A stretch of DNA of 64,000 nucleotides from Felis catus. Its lineage: Eukaryota. The translations under genes and the position numbers were made by a program. Below are positions 1-12,900 of the stretch, one piece after another. The notes under the pieces were generated by a model that was not told where the DNA came from, searched no databases, and worked only from the letters and a program-made list of their open reading frames with translations. The DNA lies in NCBI RefSeq assembly GCF_018350175.1, contig NC_058385.1, positions 66,774,001 to 66,838,000 on the forward strand. The letters are read 5' to 3'. The number at the start of each line of letters is the position of its first letter. The first letter of the stretch is position 1.

Positions 1-302
1 AATTGTTTCCTTACTGCTAGCCTTGATTGTTATCTTTGGTGGTTATTAATTAAAGTTGTTATATGCATTTCCCACATATGTTTGAATTTCACAAGTCATA
101 TACTTCCAGGACAAGAGCCAAAACGAATCAACCCAGTCTTTGGAAAAGCAGCTGATGGGGGCATAATCCACTTTAATTAACATTGAGCATTTGAGATTGA
201 ACGCACAGAAGGAACACTGATGAATTGGTTAATTTTGTCTTCCCTGTACCTTAACCACTCAGTCTTTACCCGCCTCTATTTGATACATACTCTTCTGAAT
301 GT

Positions 303-308
303 TTTATT
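303..308 (-). terminator. Probable ANXA13 polyadenylation signal AATAAA
   Basis: First AATAAA on the minus strand, about 310 nt after the stop codon. Confidence 0.65.
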
Positions 309-619
309 ACAAGTATAGCGTTTGCATCAACTGCGAATTTCATTTGTGCTCAGAAAGCGTTCAGGTTGCCACGCTAAAGGAAAGCTGAAAGGCAGCTCAG
401 ATACTTGCTAAGCCAGCATTCAGGGTGACCTGCACAAGTGTCTTGAGGCTGCTGCCCTTCACCTAAACAGCTTGGCCTGGCTACAGTATTCAAGCTGGCA
501 AGAAAATCAGCCAGAACTCTTCAGTGCTTTTCGTGCTGGAGTCACATTTGCAAATCTGGTTTGAAATGGGCTCTTGACAAAGGTGGCTCCTCCCTGTCCT
601 TCCACTGCTCTGGCTTGCT

Positions 620-739
620 TCAGTGCAAGAGGGCCACCAGCAGTTTCTGGAAGTCCCCAGACGTGTCTGAGCAAACCATGTCAGACAGAGACTTCTGATA
701 CTTCTCTTGGAACTTTGCCTTTATCCCCTGAAGGTCCAC
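620..739 (-). CDS. ANXA13: ANXA13 exon 11 coding part, [39 protein letters not shown]
   Basis: ctacag|GTG...CAC TGA; stop codon at 620-622. Confidence 0.96.
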   Translation of the reverse strand: MDLQGIKAKFQEKYQKSLSDMVCSDTSGDFQKLLVALLH

Positions 740-944
740 CTGTAGGAGAAATGACGACAGCAGTGAGGACAAGGACATCTATAGGGTGTTCACTATGAAT
801 GCAGGTGGGCACTGTTCTGAATACATTACACTCATTTGCTCGTGTATGCCTCAACACAACCCTTGGAGGTAGGGGCTATCACTATTATTACTATTATTTT
901 ATGGATGGGAAAAGGAAAGCCGAGTCCAGCTCCGGTTACAGAGG

Positions 945-996
<52 letters not shown>

Positions 997-3900
997 AGTA
1001 TAAATTTATTTATGGACACAAAAACTTGAGTTTCAGATGATTTTTATGTATTACAAAATATTTTTCCCTTGAGTTTCATTTAAAAACGAATCATTCTTAG
1101 GTAGCAAGCCTATATAAAAACAGGCCCACCTGCAGGTCACAATTTGCTGACTCTTGGTATAGGGTTAAGAAAATTATCAACACAGAGATTTGAAATGACG
1201 CTTTTGTTTCCTTCTTGTACCCTGATCAGCAAGACCATTAATGCCAATCAATACAATTCAAATCGATACCAATTTGTAGGACTTATTTTTGACCTAATTC
1301 ATTGAAAGCTTGAAAAACCTGGGTGCTGGAAATGGGCAGAGGACTCAGAAGAAAAAACAAATAAGAAGATTGTTCCGCTCCAGATATTCTTAGAACCTAG
1401 TGAGGGAGACAATACTGGCAACAGAAAAGATGTAAGTACAGAGAGAACACAGTGTGTCTCGTAAAAGAAGCAGAGAGCTCTCTTTAACCAGGAGTTGTGT
1501 TCTTTTTATAATTTTTAAAACTTTAGACTCTATCGCGCATTCCAGACAGATCCACAACCCATCATTCAGCCTTCTGGTTCTTTTTCCTCCTGCCCCAGTT
1601 GGAGGGATGAACTAAGAAAGAAGATGAGAGCAGAAGGCAGGGGAATGAAGGATTGTGCCAAGCGGATGCTGAGCAGGAGGGAGACTCCTGCAGGATGTTG
1701 CCTGTGCCCCCTCCCCGTCCCCGACTTGTCCGCTACTTGGCTGGGGGAGGGGGCAGGACGGTGTGGGTCAGTGCGGGGGTGGGATGGGGCACACCGGGGT
1801 TCTGTTCTAGTATTATGGGGCTTTGGGGAGATTAGGGTATGGCCAATATATCTGGCTGGGCCTGAAGCATTCCAAGGAGATGCTTAGAGTCTCCTAAACT
1901 ATCCCAGGACACGTGGCCAATACTAAGATGGGACAGAGCTCTGGTGGGCCCTCCAGAATGTTCCAACCCTCTGGGGTCTTTCAGAATCCCCACCCTGCTC
2001 CGTGTTGCACATGCTTCTGTGAGCCTCAGAATCTCTTGAGACTTTGGCAGGAGCATGGGGGGATGGGGATGGCTTGCTAAGAGACAGAGAGACAGAGACC
2101 ATGGAGATCTGGAGAGACAGTGGAGGAGAGAACTCAGGAGAATGGCAGAGAGATGGGGAAGGGAAGGAAGGGAGAGCAAGAGAAACAGACAGTAAGCCAG
2201 AAGAAAACTATGAGCAGTGGAGGGGGAGGAGAAATTCCTGGAATAGAAATAAAAACGAAAGAACGGTCTTGTTGCTAAGTTATATTTAAAAATGGTGTCA
2301 GATGTTAAGTATTATTTGTCAAAGCCATGGGCCAGGATTTGGGTTGGGATCTGTCCCCCTTCATTTAACAATTTTTTTTTTTTTTTGAGGGAAGATGTCT
2401 GTGGTTTTTCAAGTGCTCAGTTACACTTCATTCTCCAAGGCTTCTCCCACTGCGGTCGAGATGCCATTTCCCCTTCACTTGTCCCTCCTTCCCTCTGTGA
2501 CCCGTGTGCCAGAGCATGGGTGCTGAATCTCGACAGCTGCTCACAGGCCGTGGGTGCTCATCTCCCTCTTTCTTACAGTCATGCATTCCCAAAGATGGGC
2601 GATATCGCTCCCAACAGGGCAAAACTGCATTCTTAGAGGGTGAAAAGAACCTTAATCTTTTTATGTCAAAGCGCGCGTGTGCACACACACGCGCACGCGC
2701 GCGCACATACATACAGAACAGAATCTATAGATGTGTTTACAGAACACAATATGTACATACAGAATATGACAGAATATGTGTAAACGGAACATAAACAGAT
2801 ACGAAGTCCCTCTGTGGTGTTCATGTTTTGGGGGAGTGGCAATTAGGAAAAAACTGGGCCCCAAAAGGCTCCTTAGTGGGACGATTACTACTAATAATTT
2901 TAAAAAAGGTTGAGGGACGCCTGGGTGGCTCAGTCGGTTAAGCGTCAGACTTCCGCTCAGGTCGTGATGTTGCGATTCGTGAGTTTGAGCCCCGCATCGG
3001 GCTCTGTGCTGACAGCTTGGAACCTGAGGCCTGTTTCAGGATCTGTCTCTCTCTCTTTCTCTCTCTTTCTCTCTCTCTCTCTCTGCCCCTCCCCTGCTCG
3101 TGCTTTGTCTCTCTCTCTCAAAAGTAAATAAACATTAAAAATTTTTTTTAAAAAGGTTGAGAAATACTGTCTTGTACTGATGTGTCTTTTGTGCAAAGCT
3201 GTGCTTCTGTGGTGTGTTTAATTAAAGGCCTGGCTGGGGAGCGAGGCAGTCATTTGCTCATTGTCTCTGCTGCTGGGTGACCTCGTCCGTCCCCATCCTT
3301 TCAGTGTCTCTGGTTCATCTTCCTTACAGTGGAGCCGAGCGTGGGCTGCACTCCCCCAGGTCCCCCTGCACAGGCCCCGAGCTCTCTGGAGCCACACATG
3401 GCAAAAATAGAAGCAACTATCATTATTGTATTTTTATAAAAAGAAACAGATTGAAGCATGGCACAAGGTCTTCCACAAAGTCTGGGAAGGCGAGGGCTGT
3501 CTCTGTTTCACTTTTTCTGTAAATAAACTCTTAAGAAAAACTTTGTTGATGACATCAGCGGTGCCAAAAGAGAAGTGGTGGCCCACGTGCTGGGAGTGGA
3601 GTGTGTCTTACCTCAGCCCTGGTCACGATGATGTGAATTAGTGTCTCCTCATCGGTGCCTGCACCCTTCATGGACTTGTATAGACGGTCAGCAAAATAGC
3701 CCTCCTGGTCTCGGGCACACCTCACTGGGCAGGACGAGGGACAAGAGAAGGTGAGGCTTTTACATGTTGTTGAAGAACATGGAGACCCTCTGAAGGAACA
3801 GAGCTGGCCCCCCAGTATCACCTGGCTGTCCTTGGAGCTGACTCAGTTGTGAGACAGGTGTTTGAAAGGAGCAGACTTCACACTCTAGTGGGATCTGGAA

Positions 3901-6900
3901 GATTCCCCCAGGTCAGGGCACCTGGGCTCTTCAACCAAGAACTGAGTCAAAACCCTCTGCTGGTCCCTGAAGACCCTTCAGGGGAGGAGGAACGCTGTGG
4001 CCACCCTCAGGCTTTCCCTGCCAAGTTCATGGTTCTTACCAACAGGAGTAACTTTTCTTATCTGAATGAAATCTCTGATGCTGGCGTTGGGTTCAGAGGG
4101 GAAATACAGATTGGCTGGGGACTCTGCTGTAATAAAACTTCAGAATCTCGAAGACTCACTCAGCTGGACTGCCGCCAGGATGTGCTAAACATCTTTCCCG
4201 CCCCTTGTTTTTCCTCACTGGGTTTGCTCGGTGAGTTTCATCTTGGAATCTTTTCCAAGTGCCCCACAGTCTGAGCTCTCCATCTGGGATGCGGCCTCAT
4301 GAAATGTTTGATGCTGTCTACAGGCCACCTTCCTGTGTTCTTGCTAGCTGCTCTTTTCTGGTCCTCCCCTTGCCTGCCAGCTTTGATCTCATCCACAGAT
4401 TAGTGAAGCACAGTGCCTCTCTACTCCTGGGGAGAAATCATTGTTCCTCTCCCCTCCTCCCATGCTTAGGGGGGCCCATCAGGACAAACACTTTGGGGAA
4501 ACGAACCATTTACTCTTTAGGTGTTGGCATTTACCTAGAACACTTAACATTTTTGATGTTAGTGATTGATAGCAAGTAATACATTGAGCGTAAGTGTGGG
4601 ATGTGCATCCTTGAGTTCCTGGGATGGGAACTCTTGTTTTCTATGTAATTGCCTATATGATTGATGCTTCCGAGAATTGGAAGGGAACAGGATTAGGGAA
4701 GTAGCATCTAGGTGGGGGGTATGTCTCTTTTATAGGCCATGTGGAAGCCACCAGAGTTTCAGGAGAACAGAAAAGCCCAGCCCCAGGTGTCTGACCTCTT
4801 TATCTTGAGAACAATCCAAAAAGCTGCTGGATTGGTGGTGGTTGGTGGGGGGAGCCTGTCAATTTGGGGAGTGGCATACTTGAGACTCACTTAAGACCCC
4901 CTCCCAGGCAGGACACGTTGATGCTGAAATGCCTAATGTCCGTGTGTTCCAACCCTTCATAGGTGTCTTCTCCCCTGACATTCCTTCTTCCTGATGTTCT
5001 GGGGAGAGATTTCTCAGCTTTTCTATTGTATGCAATCTATGCCTGGTGAATAAGGTCTGTTGTTAGCTGCCGAAGGAATCCCTCAAGAGTCTGGATGGGG
5101 CTAGCCAGGGAAAATGTGGGCATATACCCTGTGGTATCTGGAAGGCAGGATAGCCAGCCATCATGAGGAGAAGACAATCCCTTGGGGAGCTTGTAAAAGT
5201 GCGGCTTCTGGGCTCCATTCTTGGAGATTCTAATAGGGAACCTGAGATGGGGCCCAGGAATCTGTATTTTCACACACCTCTCTATAGGTGGTTCTGGTGC
5301 AGGTGGGCCCTGGAGCCCACTGGAAAAGTGCTGCCCCAGAGCATGCAAGTGGTAGGAGTCATTTGGTCTCAAATTTAACCGTAAACCGGCATCTTTATGA
5401 GTCAGGTATGAGTGGGGGTGGGAAGTGTCTCGAAAATACAACCGTAAAGTCATGCTCTACAGCTTGTGTGGTTTATACTTAAGGTTGTTTCTAATCACTT
5501 TGAAGTTTCCTACCACCGGAGCATACCTAAGTCCTGCATTTTATGTTCCCCGTCTCCAGGGATGTGGCCTTTCCTTCCTCTGTACCCTCCTCACTCTGGT
5601 TGTTTTTGTTTTTATCTTTACTGTAACCTAATCTGCTGATTTGTTTGTTTCCACCATGGACTTGAAACTTCCTAAGAGCAAGAACTGGACCTATTTACCT
5701 CTGATCCCCTCACCAAGCGCAACCCCCAGCCCGGGTAGGTGCTAACTAAATGTTAAACAATTGAATGGTTTTGTTACTGTTAATAATATTGATAGTGGTT
5801 TATCATCATTGGTATAATCTTCTGACTGAACTCTGGTATTTTCCTGATTCTTTGCACTGCCAGCACAGAAAGGAAGAATTTGGAGCCTTTGAGTCAGGCT
5901 GTTAGTGGATCTCTCCATTTACTTAAGAGACTCATCTTTTAAGCCCCAAGGACAGTTGTCCATGTATGTCCAGTTGGGGTCAGGAGTGACACTAGGGATG
6001 TTTAGGCCTCTCTACATCATGGTAGAGGTCAAATTAGTAGAGGCCCTGCTAATTTGATGCAAAATGAGGACGGACTAAAAAAAATCAATTGCTGACATTG
6101 TTTAAAAAATTTTTTTAAAGCCCCCACAAAAAGCAAAACAGAAAGTTTGGCAGATAGAGCACATTTTTTAACTTCCAGGACTACTTTTTCAATTCTTACT
6201 CTTCCGGGGACCCGTCTTTCCGTTTCTTGTGCTATTTGAGATGGTGCCCTCGACTCCTCGCCACAGGAGAGTATGGACAATGGACAATGGCTTCATTCCG
6301 GGGCTTGCAGAAAGGAAGAAAGGAGCCTGCCAGACACAGCCCCATGCCCGTCTCTCCGCTCTTTCCTGCCTATGGGCAACACCTGGAGAGAAGGTGCTGG
6401 TGTGCTCGCTTGGCACAATAAAGATCTGGTCTCCCTCCCCACTCTTTCTCAAGAGACCTCATTCATTCTAAATGTTGAAGGGAATCAAGTGGAAAAGAAC
6501 ACCCTCGAGCCATCAGGCATATGCAAAAACTTGTTCATAGGTTGGAAACCTGGCTGAACCACATATGGCTCCCTGAGACTAGACAATGCTGCAGCCTGTT
6601 GACAGATGCTCTTCTCGTCGACCCACGATCTTAATGAGACTGTAGTGGATGCCATGATGCATCGCCCAGAGGCCCTCTTTGGGACCAATGCACTCATTCC
6701 ATCTGCGGCCTACTGGCTGCTCACAGCTGAGTCCCTCCCCAGGAATGGCCCTCCAAGGCCCTTCCTTACCCACCATTGCAAATGCTCCGGGGTTGCGGCC
6801 AGCATCCACCGGTTGCTTGGTGTGTGGTTTAAACACCTTGCCCCCTTGCCTCCTGGCTCCAGGGCTCCATGGGGGACCAGCAAAGCCCCCGCCCCCCATT

Positions 6901-9900
6901 ACAGCTGCGTCATGCTTACTCTCTCCCTTACCCAATGCTGCTGAGGTGTGTTGTTCCCGAACTATTCCCTAAAGTCTTCCCACATGCAAACCTCTGACTC
7001 CGAGCCTGATTCCAGGGAGCCCACCCTAAGTCAGGGACTCTGTTAGGTTTACTTTACCAAGAGTTAAGTAGGCCTTCTGCACATCTCCCGACGTTTCTGC
7101 TTCAATGGCCTCTTCAATGTCTTTGTTGATGAGCTGGAAGGACAATCAAAGGCCAGCCATTATCACAGGTCTTGCTCTTGGCTTTGGCATTCCTGGGGTC
7201 ACTTCTCTACAAAAAGCACTAAACTCTTCCAGATTTGGTCACGTGACTTTAAGGAACCTATCCTGCTCCGTGCCTTACATTTGAGTGGGGGCTCTTATGG
7301 CTGATGACCTTTGACCCCTAATGGATTTGATCCCTTCCTTGGATCAGGACAATTCCCTTGGCCTCAGTTTCCTCACCTGTAAAATTGGGAGTGGAAGAAC
7401 AATGAATATATATTGTAAAATAATTCTTTACATCTCTATAATAGTGTAGTTTCCAATATGTTCTTAAAATTCTTTTCATTTCCAATTCTCTAGAAGGTTG
7501 TGGTTATTAATCATCTTACCCACACTTTTCTCATCTCCCATGCCTGGGACTGGGGACTCAGCCACCCACAGTTTGGGTGACATAAGTAGTACAGGCTGTG
7601 AAGTTCACGGTAAGGACTTGGTCCAACGTTTTTGATAGAATGGGGCTGCGTGGGCTGGAAGCCAGGGGGCTGACCATGTCAAAACGTCACTTTCCTTCAC
7701 TCTGGGGGTGATTCTAAATGATCCTATATTCACCACCGGCTCACATATCACTCTGCACAGCATTACACGCTGGGTTTCTTTCCAAATATTTACAGAAGCT
7801 GAAGTTCAGAGTGTATTGTGACAATGCTTAATGCAAGTACCACCTGGGCCAAACTCAGGGCAGGCAAATAAAAGAAAGGAGAACTCTTTGTTGGGTTTGG
7901 GGAAGTGCAGTTAAACATTAAGAATACAGAAACTTCTTTCTTAGAAGTTATTTTTTGAGGCTATGACACAACGGTGGTTCCATAAATAGTTGGGGCCTTT
8001 GAGGACACACCAGTCAGAGTGTATGTAGTTTATTCTGAAAACACTAGTAAACAAAATAGCCTTTGTGATGCACGCACAATTGATGTGGGGGGGGGGAGAG
8101 GTCGAGATGTAATGAGGTTTCTCGGTCTCCTTGTCGTGGTTTGACACCTAGAGGTCTGGTGTGGGTAAGGGACGTAGACGGTGGGGATTGGCTGGGGGCT
8201 TTCAGTTCTGTCCCTTCCTTAGTTGCTCCTGGCCTCTCTTGGGTTTGATGTGGGAGCTGGTGTTTCGAAAGGGACTGGTACCACTTTCCCATGAACAGCG
8301 TTCTTGTTCTGTAGGCTGAGATTGCATTTCAAGAGGACATCTTGTTCACACGGGTCTGCGTTTACTAAAAAAATAGTCCTCACTTTAAACCGCTTTCTGT
8401 TTCTATTGTTAGTGCTGGGACAGCATTGCCAGGTTTCCGCTTTCTCAGTCTTTTTGCCACACAACTCCAGGGGGCACTGTTCACATTGCTCCCTCTTCTC
8501 TATCAACCTCCTGCCCACATTCCCCTCCTGGTAGCTACCAAGGCACCTCCAGGGGCTCCAGAGAACACAAATGGAAAACAATCGACTGGCCCAAGTGAAT
8601 CTCCTTTGCAAATGGCAGGCTTTTCACTTCAGTTCCCGGAACACTTAATTCTTAGGGGGCTCTTTAGACAGATCAGGTTTTCTGATCTTAGTACAAAAAA
8701 CATCACTGGGGTAGATTCCACACAAGCCTCAAAGGCCTCTCGTTACCAGGTAGCGTTGACCATAGGGAGATTACTAGAAGAATAGGGGAGACATTTCTTT
8801 CTTTCAAAACCTATTCGCCCATAGTGACAGCATTCTCATAGCAGAATCCTATGCCCTCTGGGTTTGGCCACAGAAGGTACAGGACTGGAGGCTCTGGAAC
8901 AAGCTCAGGAACACATAGAGGACAGGAGAGAAGTGGTGACTGATGCGGTGGGGACGCAGTGTGCCCACGCTGTGGGTATGTGTACCTACAACTCATACTA
9001 AGGCCTGCGTAGGGAACTTCCTTCAGCTTTATAGCTGCACAAGCCTTTCATGTTTGGTCACCTTCGGGACGGTGATATTCCTGCCTGGTGTAGCAGGGCC
9101 ACAAACGAAGTTTCTTGGTGAGGATTTCTGGGAGCGTCAGTAGTTAAGACTCAAGCTTAGAGGGCAAAACCCTAACGTTTTCATGCCAAAAATAAAAATT
9201 CATCTCTATGCCAGGGCAAGCTACGCAACGTAATAGACTCCCATGATCTCATGCTAGCGGTTTATTGCTTTTAGCCAGAGACCCTTGTGAAAACTTATGA
9301 ACTAGGGTCATGAGATCAGGGTGAACTCACAAAAATCAGTGATAAGAATCAAAACAGATGGTGTTCTGGGGAAGTTTTGGGAATAGAGGAACAGGTAGCA
9401 TTTTAGAGCTAGTTTCATGTAAAGAATCACTAAATCAGTAAATTATTTTATTGTCCATTTGGGCTTTGTTGGTTCACATAAGGAGACAACTAACAGTTGC
9501 TGGTGTTTACTGAACGCCTATGGCATGCCAGCACTTTATTTTTAGCACTTTATTTCTATTAATTCATTAATCTTTACTAACCCTATGAAGTCAGTACCAT
9601 CGTTATCCCTGTTTGACAGTTGGGGAAACCAAGGTCCGGAATCCTTAATGACTTGCTCTGGCTCATAGAGCTAGCGGTCTAGAGCAGACCTTTGCAATTT
9701 TAACAGGCACCAGAATCACCGGAAAGACTTGCTGAAACATACACTCTAGGACTCCCTCTGATTCAGTAGGTCCAGGGTGGGGGGCTGAGCATTCCCTCTC
9801 TCTTTTTTTTTAAGTTTATTTATTTTGAGGGAGAGACAGCAGGGGAGGGGCAGAGTGAGAGGCTGAAAGAGAGAATCCCAAACAGACTCTGCACTGTTAG

Positions 9901-12900
9901 CATGGAGCCTAATGCGGGGGTCGAACCTACCAACCGTGATATCATGACCTGAGCTGAAATCAAGAGTTGGACTCTTAACCAACTGAAACACCCAGGTGCC
10001 TCTCTCTCTCTCACTCTCTCTCTCTCTTTAAATAAGAGAATTCTCATTTTTAACATATTCGCAAGTGATACTGATGCTGCTATTTGGGGATTAATTTTGA
10101 GAACAATCGGCCTGGAGAATATCCTTGTAGGTCGTTAGCAGTTCATGTATACACACACACACACACACGCACACATGCACACATGCACGCTAACATGTAT
10201 GTGTGTTTCCACAGTGATCACCAATGGCAGCCATCCCCAGAAACTCCATCCATGGCCCCAGCCACGTGGAAAGAGGGTGTAGGTCATGGAGAAGTCTTCC
10301 AGCTCAGAGTCTACCCCGTTCCAGGAGCAGAGGCCAGAGGAACGCAGGGTCAGCTGGCTTTGATCATGACTCTGGGCATGATTTGAAAGCAAAAGGCCCT
10401 CCAGGCTTATATACAGTAATGATAAAATTCCCAAGCTTTATTGTCTTTTCATCTGCTGGCAACACATAGGAAATGCTATTTCGAGTGAGGAGTGGCCAGC
10501 TCCCGCCGAGGTAGAAGCTCGGGCTGGGGAATCTTGCTGTTCTCATCCACTTTCTGCTACCGGCTTGCTGTGTGGTCCTGATAAGTTACAGATGGCGCCT
10601 TACTCATAACAGACTTTCCTTGTCCAGCAGTTGTAGGTAACAATGGCTGCTTAGCCGACATTACCGTTACAGGATTGTTGTGAAATTGGAATGAGATACA
10701 GGGCACAGAAGTGCTTTGAATAGTTAAAAGCACTCTACAAATATAAAATAGGAGACCAAAAAAATCCGATACTCCACAAAAGGCTTCTTGCAATGAAAGA
10801 CTGATTTTCAAGGAAGGACTCACCACTAAATGCTTTGAAGTAACTAACTCATCTTGTTGGCTTAAGATTATCATCAGATAAAAAATAATTGTAAACAGCA
10901 ATTTATACACATCTTTTCAGGAGTATCTCTGAGGTATATCTCATCTGTCTTGGGAGTGGTAGGCACTCTGTTAACCCAACTATAAACTGGAATAATAGTA
11001 AGAGAGAACATTTGTGTGCTTACCACACGCCAGGTACTATTCTGAGCCTTTTACATTTATTATTTAACTTTTTTTTTAATGTTTATTTTTGAGAGAAAGA
11101 CAGAGAGAGACAGAGCATGAGTAGGGGAGGGGCGGAGAGAGAGGGAGACACAGAATCCTAAGCAGGCTCCAGTCTCCGAGCTGTCAGCACGGAGCCCGAC
11201 GCGGGGCCCCGAACTCATCATGAACAGTGAAATCATGACCTGAGCTCAAGTCAGACGCTTAACCGACTGAGCCATTGGGGCTCCTTTATATTATTTAACT
11301 CTTGAAAGAAGCCCAAGAGGGTGTGACGATGAAGATTATTGTCCCATTTTACAAATGAGGACAGAGTCTGCCAGTGATAGGACATGGATTTGAACCTGGA
11401 TGTTGACTCTAGGGCTTTGCTCTTCACCTTGACACTCCTCTGTTTTCCTAGCCTCTGCTGTTAAGCAGGGGTTCCCAACCTTGGCACTACATTTGGAGCT
11501 GGATAAGCCTTTGTTGTGGGGCTGTCCTGTGCATTGTAGGATGTATAATAGCCTTGACCTACTAGATGCTCTTAGCGTTGCCTCCCCAACACCCAAGGTG
11601 ACAACCCAAATGTTTCCAGGCATTACCAATTATTCCTTGAGGTGGGGAAGAAGCAAACTCATCTCTGATTAAGAGCTGCTGTTGTAAAACACCCCCACAG
11701 TTCCTTATCCCTGATCTGGACTTCTTTTGGAAATAGTAGTTTTGGTGTGAACTCCATTGCCCTGGTGCTTGTTTACTTACAATCTGGTAGGCTTGAAAGG
11801 TGGCCCGTAATTGCTTGTGGCTCCTCTTGGCCAAGACTTCATTGAAGGCAAGCTCATCAGTGCCCCAGCGGTCCTCCCCTGCCTGCAGGACAAATGCAAA
11901 CATTTTGGAAAAGCCTTTTGCATAAAAGACTGAATATACTGTTCTATGACCAGGCCTTGCTTACAGGCAGTTAGAAAATATGCACTGAATAGAAGTCAAA
12001 TTGATCAACTAAGCACTATACCTGAGAGTTTACTTCACACATCTATTTATAATATGTATACCTTCCTTGTTCCAAAATGGACCTGAAGCAGTAAACTCTG
12101 AAACGCAAGAATAGGAACAATTCTTTTTTTTTCTTTAATTTTTATTTATTTTTGAGAGAGAGAGAGGGAGAGAGAGAGACAGACTGTGAGCCAGGGAGGA
12201 GCAGAGAGAGAGGGAGACAGAACCCGGAGCAGGCTCCAGGCTCTGAGCTGTCAGCACAGAGCCTGACGCGGGGCTCGAACCCACAAACCGTGAGATCATG
12301 ACCTGAGCTGAAGTCGGACACTTAACCGACTGAGCCACCCAGGCGCCCCAAGAATAGGAACAATTCTTACAGGTTCACAAAGACTGTATATATTGAAAAT
12401 ATTTTAAAGATCATACTTATTTCTCAAGAAACTCCCATTTGCATGAAACAGAGGAATATTTGTTGAAAATAGTGCTAAGAAACTTTAAAAAGGACAAAGA
12501 ATTGGCGGGGACTGATGCATCTGCACACTTACATCATACAGATCCTTGGCATCCCGACCAGCTAGATCTCTGTCCACCTCATCTCCTTCATCACGATTAG
12601 CCTAGAAAAATTGACACATTGTTATTAACTTGAGTTCCCACTTGACCACAGAAAACAAAAAGAGAAAGTCCTGGAAAGCTGGGGGTGATTGCAGAAGGGT
12701 GGTCTGGAGGAGATGGAACCTGGCAAAGTGGCAGTGTTGCTCTTTGCTGCCATCTTTAGGCACAACTGATAAGCAGGGTAGCTTCTGAAACAACACTTGA
12801 GTTTTTCTCGTAGAAACCAGGGTGGCTCACAAACCCCATTGACCTCTAAGCAGGCTGAAAGCAACCTCGTGATGTTCCCTAGAGTGACTCCATTGGAAAG

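Noticed and set aside
6485-6972. Cluster of overlapping ORFs on both strands
   Set aside because: Mostly within a GC-rich solo LTR; no recognisable domain.
10579-10600. GATA + CAGATGGCGC (CTCF or GATA-E-box-like) motif
   Set aside because: Only the 3' part of the CTCF consensus matches, and the spacing and orientation do not fit the GATA/E-box composite.
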